DNA from: Egicoccus sp.
GTDB lineage: Bacteria > Actinomycetota > Nitriliruptoria > Nitriliruptorales > Nitriliruptoraceae
DNA length: 54,510 nt
Direction of reading: 5' to 3'
NCBI GenBank assembly: GCA_040904725.1
Contig: JBBDSX010000046.1
Location: 1-54,510 of the forward strand
Numbering within the stretch: position 1 is the first letter of the stretch; each line of letters starts with the position of its first letter. This document shows positions 1 to 8,350 of the stretch, piece by piece. Under the pieces are notes generated by a model. That model did no database searches, was not told the origin of the DNA, and was given only the letters and a program-made list of their open reading frames with translations. The translations under genes and the position numbers were made by a program.

Positions 1-53
1 AGAGCGTCGGTTTCCTAAACCGTGCGTCGCAAGTTCGATTCTTGCCGGGGGCG
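1..53 (+). tRNA. tRNA-Arg(CCT), 3' portion (5' end lies before the window)
   Basis: Anticodon arm CGGT-TTCCTAA-ACCG (anticodon CCT); T-arm GCAAG-TTCGATT-CTTGC; acceptor strand CGGGGGC plus discriminator G; followed by CCG rather than CCA. Confidence 0.9.
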
Positions 54-78
54 CCGAACCAGTCGTCGGTGGGTCGGC

Positions 79-3000
79 TCAGCTGGTCACTTCGTCGATG
101 TAGTCGTACGCACGCATGATGAACGCCGCCATCTGGTCACGTCGGGTGTGGTTGCCCGGCCCGTAGCGGCCGTCCACATAGCCGACGCTGATCCCCTGCT
201 CACGCAGCGCATCGATCGCGGCGACGTGGACGTTGTTCGACGGCACGTCCCTAAACTGCCCGGGATGCTCGGCGGCCGGCGGCTGCGAACCGTTTACGCG
301 GCCGTTGTCGACGTAGTCGATCGCGCGTGCGATGAACGACGCCATCTGGGCCCGGGTCACCGGGGAGCCCGGCTCGTAGCGGTCGCTGGCCCGACCCTGG
401 ACGACTTCGGCCCGCGCCAGCTTGTGGATGCTCTCCCAGTGCGCGCTCTCCTGGGGGACGTCGCCGAATTGGCTCTGTGCCACCGGCAGGTCGCGTTCGA
501 GCTCGATCAGGTTGGCGATGAACGTCGCCATCTGGGCCCGGGTGACGCTCCGGGGCGATCGGTAGGTCCGGTCGGGATACCCCTGGGCGATGCCGTGGTC
601 GGCCATGCACAACACATTGCGGTAGTGGGGGTTTGCGGCGGTCAGGTCGGAGTACGGGTCGACGTACAGGGCCGTGTCGATGCAGACGCGGTCCGTGCCG
701 CGGGCCACGGCCTCGGTGGCGGCGAGGCTGCCGACGCCCTGGCTGAACACCCGTGCACGCGGGACGTCGGGGGCGTCGACACCTTGCTGGTCCCACAGGT
801 GCTGCCAGCTCTGCGCCCGCTGGTCGGAGGTCTCGGCATCCTCCCAGTAGCCGGGTCCGAAGATGCGGTCGACCTGGACCCGCGCCTGCCGGTCCGGGAA
901 GGTCGGCGTGCCGTAGCCCACCAGCGACCCACCGCCGGCGACACCGCCGTCGAGTGCGACGACCCGGTAGTAGTACGTCGTGCCGACGTTCACCTTGCCG
1001 TCGACGAAGCACCGTCCGCTGTGGCTGGCGCCTGGCCAGCTCGGCACGTTGGGTGCCCGGCAGGCGACGCCACCGGTCCGGGCGAGCAGGGTGCCCGCCC
1101 CGATCGTGAACGCCGGATCGGTCGAACGGTGGATGGCGTAGCCGTCCGCACCGTCGACCGGGTCCCACGCGATGCGCAGTTCGTCCTGCAGATCCGTGAC
1201 CCGCACGTTCTGTGGCGCGTCGACGTCGGCGGACACGCCACCACCGGCTTCGGGGATCCCGAACATCGAGGGGGTCGACGCCGCGCCGTAGTAGGCCGTC
1301 AGGCCCGGCCCGGTGTCGACGAAGACCGGCGAGACCTGGATCTGCAGGCTGTCCTCGAAGCTCCCCCGGACGAAGACGGTGGTGGTGTTGCGGACGGGAG
1401 TCGTGCCCGGGCCGACCGTCAGTTCGATCTCCTGCCGGGCGACGACCCGGTCGGGCTGGTCGCCACCGTCGTTCGGGTCGGGGTCGGCGAAGACCGTGAC
1501 CTGCGCGGTCACGCCGAGCACCTGCCCCGTGGGGTTCGGGGTGCTCCACCACCAGTCGAACTGCAGGTTGCCGTCGATCTGCCCGGTGTAGTCCCCGTGC
1601 CAGGTGATGGCGAGCGGGTTCCAGGGCTGGTCGTCGTTGGCGGCGGAGGCCGTCGCGGTCTGTGTCGCCGGCGGTTCCCCGTCGGGCTCACCGGTTCCGA
1701 ACGTGCCCTCCATGGCCGCCGCGTCGAGCGGGCTGCCCTCGAAGTACAACTCCTCGGCGATCTCCACCTCGTCGTCGGCAGCGTCGGTCCGGGTGCGAGG
1801 TGCCGCCCAGGTGGTCACGCCCTCGAGCGCCTGCGGATAGGTCGCGGTGCCGTACAGTTCGACCGTGTCGTCCCCGGCGTCACCCCGGTGGATCCGGGTG
1901 TCGGGCAGGTCGGTGACCTGGGTCGCGTTGACCGCGACGTCGTAGCTGAAGCCCTCGGCGCGCTCGGTCGCCTCGGTGTTGTCGTTGTCCTGGCACGGCT
2001 GGACGGTGCCGCCGGTGCGGTGGGTCACGCGCAGTGACCAGTCACCATCCTCGGGTGCGGCGACGGACACCGACCGGCTCGTCGCCGGCGGTCCGACGTC
2101 GTCGATGATCGCGTCGGTGTGCACCAGGCCGGCCGACTCCGCGACCGGGTACGTGCGGGTCGGGCCGGGCTCGTCGGTGGAGTTGGCCGGGTCGTGTCCC
2201 GGCCGGAACAGTTCGAGGTAGAGGTTCGCCTCGGGGTGGTAGGCGCCCCACTCCACGTCGACCGTCAGTTCGTGAACGCCGGGCGGCACCGCGAAGGTGG
2301 TGACGCCGGCTTCCTCCTTGAGGGTGTAGCTGCCCACGCCGGCGCAGCCGACCTGCTCGCCGATCAGCGTGTCCCCGCCGGGGTGCTTGCCGCTGACGTA
2401 GTTCGGGGCCGGCGTGCCGACGGAAATCCAGGCCGGCTCGGTCCGGCCGTCGCCGTCGTCGGCCAGTGCGAGTTCGATCGCGGCGGGAACGTCGAGTCGT
2501 CCCGCGCCCTGCTGCTCGGCCGGGTGGCCCGGCAGCGGGGCGGCGGACCGCTCGAGGATGTCGAGCAGTTCGTCGGCGCTCGGGTCGCGGCGGTGGGCGT
2601 CGCGGAACGCCTCGGTGACCAGCGCGGCGGCGCCCGTGACGTGTGGCGCGGACATCGAGGTGCCCTGCAGCGGCTCGTAGCAGCCAGAGGGGGCAGGACT
2701 TCCGGCCCGGCAGGTCGCGGCGTTGGCGCTCATCGCGTTGATCACGGCGCCGGGGGCCACGATCCCGGGGCGGTAGACGCCGATGTCGAACGCCCGCGCG
2801 AGACGGCGGTCGTGGTTGTCGTACGCGATCGCCTCGTCGTCCGCGCCCGGGTGCGGCGCCGCAGGACGGCCGACGGAGGAGAACGCGGTGATGCCGTCCG
2901 TCTTGGTCGAGGCACCGACGCACAGCACGTACGGACTCAGGCACTGCACCCCGAGGGTGTTGTCGTCCGGGCCGGAGTTGCCGGCGCTGAAGACCGGCAA

Positions 3001-3900
3001 CATGCCGACCTCGTTGGCGCGCTGGTAGGCGATCGCCTGCGGGTCGTCGGGGTTGTAGTCGCCGCCGATGCCGCCGCCGAAGCTGTTGTTGATCGCCACG
3101 ATGTCGTGCTCGCCGGCCTCCTTCCTGGCGATGAGGTCGTCGTAGGCGGCCAGGATGTCGGTGTTGAGCAGCGACGCGGCGACGTTCGCGGCGTAGCTGC
3201 GGATGCGGGCGTCGGGCGCCATGCCGACGGTGGCGTGGGGGTCCTCCCGGCCGCCGGTCGCCGCGCCGGTGCCGGCCATCGTGCCGGCGACGTGGGTGCC
3301 GTGGCCGTTGTCGTCGACTGCGGATTCGGTGTCGGTGGTGCACACGACCAGGCCGAGTGTCCCGGTCGCGCTGGCGTTGCAGAACTCGAGCAGGTTGGCG
3401 TAGTCGTAGTGGGTCCCGTCCGCGCCGGTGTCCACCACGCCGAGTTCGACGCCCGCGCCGGTGTAGCCGTGGTCCTCCCAGACCTCGCGGGCGCCGGTCA
3501 CCCACGTCGACTCCTGCATGTGCAGTTGGAGTTCCTCCTGCCCCCAGACGCTGCGGACCTCGTCCATGTCGCGCAAGGTCACCAGCTGCGCCCCGCTGAG
3601 GTCGTCGACCAGCAGCATCGACAGCGCCTCGAGACGGGCGCCGGTGATGCCGGCCGCCTCGATCGCGGCCAGGCCGGACGGTCCATGCGCGCTCACCACG
3701 GCGGTCGCCCTGGTGCCGAGCGGCGTCCCGCCGGGCGACAGCAGGTCGCTCGCCAGCGCCGGATCCACCGCGGTTGGCCGCGACAAGGCGGCGGCGGTGG
3801 CGTTCGCCGCCGGCGGTGGCGCCGCCAGGAGGGCCAGCACGAGCGCGAGGGCGGTGACAAACGAGACGATGGTGGTCGTGGTCGGCGCCGTGGTGCGCAT
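79..3900 (-). CDS. Secreted S8 (subtilisin-like) serine peptidase with FN3-like region and C-terminal SLH repeats
   Basis: Catalytic motifs VVDTG, HGTHVAG, oxyanion AGNSG and GTSMSAPHV. Hydrophobic signal peptide ending ANA. FN3-like segment (PQNVRV...W...Y...TTYYYRVVA). Three SLH-like repeats (F.DV...H...G.P..TRAQMA.F). Start moved to ATG 3900, which has a GGAGAGG RBS. Confidence 0.9.
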   Translation of the reverse strand: MRTTAPTTTTIVSFVTALALVLALLAAPPPAANATAAALSRPTAVDPALASDLLSPGGTPLGTRATAVVSAHGPSGLAAIEAAGITGARLEALSMLLVDDLSGAQLVTLRDMDEVRSVWGQEELQLHMQESTWVTGAREVWEDHGYTGAGVELGVVDTGADGTHYDYANLLEFCNASATGTLGLVVCTTDTESAVDDNGHGTHVAGTMAGTGAATGGREDPHATVGMAPDARIRSYAANVAASLLNTDILAAYDDLIARKEAGEHDIVAINNSFGGGIGGDYNPDDPQAIAYQRANEVGMLPVFSAGNSGPDDNTLGVQCLSPYVLCVGASTKTDGITAFSSVGRPAAPHPGADDEAIAYDNHDRRLARAFDIGVYRPGIVAPGAVINAMSANAATCRAGSPAPSGCYEPLQGTSMSAPHVTGAAALVTEAFRDAHRRDPSADELLDILERSAAPLPGHPAEQQGAGRLDVPAAIELALADDGDGRTEPAWISVGTPAPNYVSGKHPGGDTLIGEQVGCAGVGSYTLKEEAGVTTFAVPPGVHELTVDVEWGAYHPEANLYLELFRPGHDPANSTDEPGPTRTYPVAESAGLVHTDAIIDDVGPPATSRSVSVAAPEDGDWSLRVTHRTGGTVQPCQDNDNTEATERAEGFSYDVAVNATQVTDLPDTRIHRGDAGDDTVELYGTATYPQALEGVTTWAAPRTRTDAADDEVEIAEELYFEGSPLDAAAMEGTFGTGEPDGEPPATQTATASAANDDQPWNPLAITWHGDYTGQIDGNLQFDWWWSTPNPTGQVLGVTAQVTVFADPDPNDGGDQPDRVVARQEIELTVGPGTTPVRNTTTVFVRGSFEDSLQIQVSPVFVDTGPGLTAYYGAASTPSMFGIPEAGGGVSADVDAPQNVRVTDLQDELRIAWDPVDGADGYAIHRSTDPAFTIGAGTLLARTGGVACRAPNVPSWPGASHSGRCFVDGKVNVGTTYYYRVVALDGGVAGGGSLVGYGTPTFPDRQARVQVDRIFGPGYWEDAETSDQRAQSWQHLWDQQGVDAPDVPRARVFSQGVGSLAATEAVARGTDRVCIDTALYVDPYSDLTAANPHYRNVLCMADHGIAQGYPDRTYRSPRSVTRAQMATFIANLIELERDLPVAQSQFGDVPQESAHWESIHKLARAEVVQGRASDRYEPGSPVTRAQMASFIARAIDYVDNGRVNGSQPPAAEHPGQFRDVPSNNVHVAAIDALREQGISVGYVDGRYGPGNHTRRDQMAAFIMRAYDYIDEVTS

Positions 3901-4016
3901 GATCCCTCTCCGGCGGGAGACGCGGAGAGGTCGCCCGTTGCGCCACGTTTTCGCCGGCTCAGGCCAGAGTTCCTGCCACGCCGCGCCGAGCGCGCGCATC
4001 CGTCAGGGCCTGACCG

Positions 4017-5096
4017 TCACGCGAGGCGGCGGGCGCCGTCCGCGGCACGGCAGCGGTGGACCTGCAGCCGTCGCTCCGGGAAGTCGTGGCCGTACCCCTC
4101 GCCCAGGGTCGCCTCGACCTGCTCGGCCCGGTCCTCGCGCACCAGCGCGATGATCGCGCCGCCGAACCCGCCGCCGGTCATCCGCGCGGCCGTCGCCCCG
4201 CCCTCGACCGCGAGTTCGACCAGCCGGTCGAGTTCGGGAATGGTCACCTCGTAGTCGTCGCGCAGGCTCGCGTGGCCGGCGGCGAACAACCGCCCGAGGT
4301 CGTCGAGCCGACCATCGGCCAGCGCCGCCTCGGTCTGTCGGACCCGCTCGTTCTCGGTGACGACGTGGCGCAGCCGGCGGGCCGGGACCTCGTCGAGTCC
4401 GGCGAGCAGGTCGTCGAGGTCCTCGACGCCGACCTCACACGGACGCCGGCCGTCGAGCACGTGGAGCGCCTCGCCGAGCTCCGCCGACCGTTGCGCGTAC
4501 CCGGACGTCTCGAGCTGCCGTCGGACCCCGGAGTCGGCGATCAGCAGCAGGTGATCGGCCGGCAGCGTCACGTAGCGGTACTCGAGCGTGCCGCAGTCGA
4601 GCAGCACCGCGTGGTCGGCACGCCCGAGCACGGATGCGGCCTGGTCCATGATCCCGCTGGGCACGCCGACGGCGCGGCGCTCGGCCCGCCGGCACGCGGC
4701 CGCGAGTTCGAGCGGCGCCGGATCGAGGTCGGTCGCGGCGGCCAACGCGGTCGCCAGCACCACCTCGAGGGCGGCGGAGGACGACAGTCCCGCGCCCTGC
4801 GGGAGGTCGCTGCGCAGCTCGCCCCGCATACCGACCGGCGGGCGACCGAGGTCGGCGAGTTCGGCGGCCACGGCAGCGACGAACCGTCCCCAGCCCTGCG
4901 CGGGTACCTCGCTGCCGTCGGCACGGACGCGGACCTCGCCCTCGGCGTCCGCCGACACGAGCACGATCTCGTCGCCGCCGAGGTCGGCGTCGAGCGTCAC
5001 ACCACGGTCGATCGCGACCGGCAGGACCAGCCCGTCGGTGTGGTCGGTGTGCTCGCCGATCAGGTTGGCCCGACCGGGAGCGAAGAAGCGCGGCAC
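4017..5096 (-). CDS. galK: Galactokinase
   Basis: GRANLIGEHTDH signature, GHMP motif PQGAGLSSSAA, GIMDQ and ARMTGGGFGG. Start re-called at GTG 5096. Confidence 0.92.
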   Translation of the reverse strand: MPRFFAPGRANLIGEHTDHTDGLVLPVAIDRGVTLDADLGGDEIVLVSADAEGEVRVRADGSEVPAQGWGRFVAAVAAELADLGRPPVGMRGELRSDLPQGAGLSSSAALEVVLATALAAATDLDPAPLELAAACRRAERRAVGVPSGIMDQAASVLGRADHAVLLDCGTLEYRYVTLPADHLLLIADSGVRRQLETSGYAQRSAELGEALHVLDGRRPCEVGVEDLDDLLAGLDEVPARRLRHVVTENERVRQTEAALADGRLDDLGRLFAAGHASLRDDYEVTIPELDRLVELAVEGGATAARMTGGGFGGAIIALVREDRAEQVEATLGEGYGHDFPERRLQVHRCRAADGARRLA

Positions 5097-5175
5097 GTCG
5101 TTGGCCCTGACTGTCCGACACGGCGTAGGGTTCGGCCGCGCGACGGTACCCAAGCCCGACCGATGGAGTTCGCAG

Positions 5176-6153
5176 ATGCGGTTGCTGGTCACCGGCGGTG
5201 CCGGGTTCATCGGCGCGACGACCGCCGCGGCCCTGGTCGGGGCCGGACACCGGGTGACCGTCGTCGACGACCTGTCCTCCGGCCACCGCGACGCGGTCCC
5301 CGAGGCCGCCACCTTTCACCAGGCCGATGTCACGGACGCCGACGCGATGCGGCCGATCGTCGCTGACGGCGGATTCGACGGCTGTCTGCACTTCGCCGCA
5401 CTCATCGAGGCCGGCGAGTCCATGCGCGAGCCGGAACGCTTCTTCTCGGTCAACACCGGCGGCAGCGCCGCCCTGCTGCAGGTGCTGCTCGAACACGGCG
5501 TCGAACGGTTCGTGCTGTCGTCCACCGCCGCCGTCTACGGCGAACCCGAGCGCACCCCCATCGACGAGGACCACCCGCTGCGTCCGACCAACGCCTATGG
5601 CGAGTCGAAGTTGCTGGTCGAACGCATGCTGGGGTGGCACCACCGCATCCACGGCCTGCGCGTGGCGAGCCTGCGCTACTTCAACGCGGCCGGTGCGGCC
5701 CCGGGCCGGCCGGAACGTCACTCCCCCGAGAGCCACCTCGTGCCGCTCGTCCTGCAGGTCGCCGCCGGACGCCGCGAGCGGGTCTCGGTCTTCGGCACCG
5801 ATTACGACACCCCCGATGGCACGGCGGTACGGGACTACGTCCACGTGATCGACCTCGCCGCCGCACACGTCCTCGCCGTCGAGGCGCTCGACGAGCAGCC
5901 TGCCCTGACGTGCAACCTCGGCAGTGGCCGCGGCTACAGCGTCCGCGAGGTGATCGAGGCGGCCCGCGAGGTGACCGGGCACGCCATCCCCACCGACGAC
6001 GAGGCGCGCCGGGAGGGTGATCCGGCCGTGCTGGTCGCGTCGGCCGACCGCGCCCGCGAACTCCTCGGCTGGCAGCCCCGGCACGACGACCTCGCCACGA
6101 TGGTCGGCGACGCATGGCGCGAGTCCAACGCCCACACGGGAGCACGGCCATGA
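5176..6153 (+). CDS. galE: UDP-glucose 4-epimerase
   Basis: TGGAGFIG Rossmann motif, HFAA, SSTAAVYG, YGESK, LRYFNAAGA and RDYVHV. GGAG RBS before ATG 5176. Confidence 0.95.
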   Translation: MRLLVTGGAGFIGATTAAALVGAGHRVTVVDDLSSGHRDAVPEAATFHQADVTDADAMRPIVADGGFDGCLHFAALIEAGESMREPERFFSVNTGGSAALLQVLLEHGVERFVLSSTAAVYGEPERTPIDEDHPLRPTNAYGESKLLVERMLGWHHRIHGLRVASLRYFNAAGAAPGRPERHSPESHLVPLVLQVAAGRRERVSVFGTDYDTPDGTAVRDYVHVIDLAAAHVLAVEALDEQPALTCNLGSGRGYSVREVIEAAREVTGHAIPTDDEARREGDPAVLVASADRARELLGWQPRHDDLATMVGDAWRESNAHTGARP

Positions 6154-7286
6154 GCGTCGACCAGGTCCGCCGCACGACGCTCCACCACGACGACGGCCGC
6201 TACCTGCTGCTCTACGGCGACCACGGCGGCGACGAACTGCCGCCGCTGCCGGTCGGCGACCACCCGGCGCTGCACCTGCGCTGGAACGCGCTCGATGCGC
6301 GCTGGACCGCGATCTCGCCGGCCCGCAACACCCGGCCCCAGACCGCGCCCACCGCAGGGGCCGGCAACGCCGCGCCGCCCGCCTGCCCACTGTGCCCCGG
6401 CGGTCCCGAGGTGCCGTTCCCCTACGAGGCAGCGGTCTTCGAGAACCGCTTCCCGACCCTGCTGGCGGATCCGCCCGCGGCCGCGGAGCTCGACGGGCGC
6501 ACCGCACCGTCGGTGGGACGCTGCGAGGTGGTGCTCTACACGCCTACACACACCGGGTCGCTGGCCACGCTCGAACCGCGCGAGCTCGCCCGGGTCATCG
6601 CGATCTGGGCCGACCGGTCCGAGGCACTGTGGGCCGCACCCGAACACCGTCACGTCCTGGTCTTCGAGAACCGCGGCGAGGGCGTCGGTGCCACCCTGGC
6701 CCACCCGCACGGGCAGATCTACGCACTCGGTCACGTCCCACTGCTGGTGCGCAACCGGATCGACGCGCTCGCCGAGCACCGCGCCGCGGAGGGCACCTGC
6801 CTGAGCTGTGGCGTCGTCACGCGCGACACGGCGAGCGAACGCGTGCTGCTCGACCTCCCCGGGTTCGTGGTGGCCGTGCCGTTCGCGCCGGACTGGCCGT
6901 ACGAGATCCACGTGCGGGCCAAGCGCCACGGGGTCCGCCGGATGCACGACCTCGACGCATCCGAACGCCACGACCTCGCCGTCGCCCTACGCGACGTCGT
7001 CAGCCGCTACGACCGCCTGTTCGACGAACCGATGTCGTACATGATGGTGTGCCAGCAGGCGCCGGCCGCCGCCAACGGCACGCCGACCGAGGACTGGCAC
7101 CTGAGCTTCGAGTTCCTGCCGCCCAACCGCGCCGCGGACCGGACCAAGGTCCGCGCAGCGGTCGAGACGGCGACCGGGCTGTTCATCAACGACACGATCC
7201 CCGAGACATGCGCGGCCCAGCTGGCCGGGGTACGAACGGATGCCCTCGACGTCGCGTTCCCCGAGATCAGCGTCGGCGCGGGCTGA
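6150..7286 (+). CDS. galT: Galactose-1-phosphate uridylyltransferase
   Basis: CPLCPG, FENRFP, FENRG..GATLAHPHGQ catalytic motif; ATGA overlap with the galE stop. Confidence 0.92.
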   Translation: MSVDQVRRTTLHHDDGRYLLLYGDHGGDELPPLPVGDHPALHLRWNALDARWTAISPARNTRPQTAPTAGAGNAAPPACPLCPGGPEVPFPYEAAVFENRFPTLLADPPAAAELDGRTAPSVGRCEVVLYTPTHTGSLATLEPRELARVIAIWADRSEALWAAPEHRHVLVFENRGEGVGATLAHPHGQIYALGHVPLLVRNRIDALAEHRAAEGTCLSCGVVTRDTASERVLLDLPGFVVAVPFAPDWPYEIHVRAKRHGVRRMHDLDASERHDLAVALRDVVSRYDRLFDEPMSYMMVCQQAPAAANGTPTEDWHLSFEFLPPNRAADRTKVRAAVETATGLFINDTIPETCAAQLAGVRTDALDVAFPEISVGAG

Positions 7287-7323
7287 TCGCCCGCGCCGGT
7301 GCTGGTGCTGGTTGCAACGTCGG

Positions 7324-8172
7324 TCAGCGCCGCCCGTCGACCGGCGGTGGCACCGGCTGGCCGTCGGGGCCCATGACGGGCATGCCGCCGGTATCGACCT
7401 CCTCACGCGGGTGCTGGTCGTGTTCGTGCGGCGTCAGGTCGATCGTGCCGGCGCCACCGGGCTGCGTGCCGGTGTCAGCGGTGTTGGTGTCCAGCACGGG
7501 TCCCTCGTCGGGTTGGTGCAGGTCCGAGCGCGCCGAGGTCTCGCCGACCTCGCCCTCGCGGTCCTCGTCCTCGACGACGAGTTCCTGGAACGGCGTCGGC
7601 GGCGTCTCGGTCGAGCCGAACTCCCCCCGGTTCAGCATCGTCTCGAACAGGTCCCGCGACGCGAGCAGCGCCGAGCGCATCTGCTCGGTCGACAACTCGT
7701 TGCCGTCCTCGGCGCGGGTGCTGCGGTAGCGCTCGATGGCCGCGGGGTGATCGACGGACAGATCCTGCAGTCGTTGCTCACGCGCCGCGTCCGGGTAGCC
7801 GCGCGCGACCGCGATCTCGTCGATCAACTCGTCGGCATGCCGTAGCGAGGCGTGCGGGGCGTCGATGAAGTTGGCCTGGATGTCGTCCCACCGCGCCCGG
7901 AAGTCGTCGCGCTGGTCGGCCGGCACCGGCCGGATCGAGAACGACTCACGACGCTGCTCGCGGGCCTGCAGGTCGTCCTCGGCCGCCTTGCGTGAGCGGG
8001 AGGTACTGACGGTGCGGTCGTACTCGGCGCCGAAGCGGTCCCGCAGGTGCTGGCGGGTCTCCTCGCGGCGCTTGCGCTTCTTGGTCATCACGATCGCCAA
8101 CACCACGAGGGCGGCGACCACCACGACGGTAAGAATGATCCAGACGATCGGATCGACGGCTGACAGGTCCAT
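7324..8172 (-). CDS. Conserved actinobacterial single-pass membrane protein of unknown function with acidic tail
   Basis: GGAG RBS before ATG 8172. N-terminal TM helix followed by KKRKRR, then LRDRFGAEYDR and W..IQA.F.D.P...AD...RGY motifs of a common actinobacterial hypothetical family. Confidence 0.75.
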   Translation of the reverse strand: MDLSAVDPIVWIILTVVVVAALVVLAIVMTKKRKRREETRQHLRDRFGAEYDRTVSTSRSRKAAEDDLQAREQRRESFSIRPVPADQRDDFRARWDDIQANFIDAPHASLRHADELIDEIAVARGYPDAAREQRLQDLSVDHPAAIERYRSTRAEDGNELSTEQMRSALLASRDLFETMLNRGEFGSTETPPTPFQELVVEDEDREGEVGETSARSDLHQPDEGPVLDTNTADTGTQPGGAGTIDLTPHEHDQHPREEVDTGGMPVMGPDGQPVPPPVDGRR

Positions 8173-8350
8173 GACGCACTCCACACCTGGGGTCGGCTGC
8201 CATGGTGCTACGCGTCGCAGCGCACGGACCCGTCCGTGTGATGGGGTCGCGCGGACCGGGATGACCATCTTCGGCCGCGGACACCACCGTTCGTGCGCCA
8301 CATCGGGTGTGCCGAGGTGGGGACCACGGTCGAACGGCAGGGGGTGGTGG

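Noticed and set aside
1-4000. Genomic island integrated at tRNA-Arg (likewise tRNA-Thr)
   Set aside because: No integrase, no duplicated tRNA 3' end noticed and no compositional shift.
22-4254. Long plus-strand ORFs (671 aa, 711 aa) opposite the protease
   Set aside because: Antisense shadows of a GC-biased gene; no recognisable motifs.
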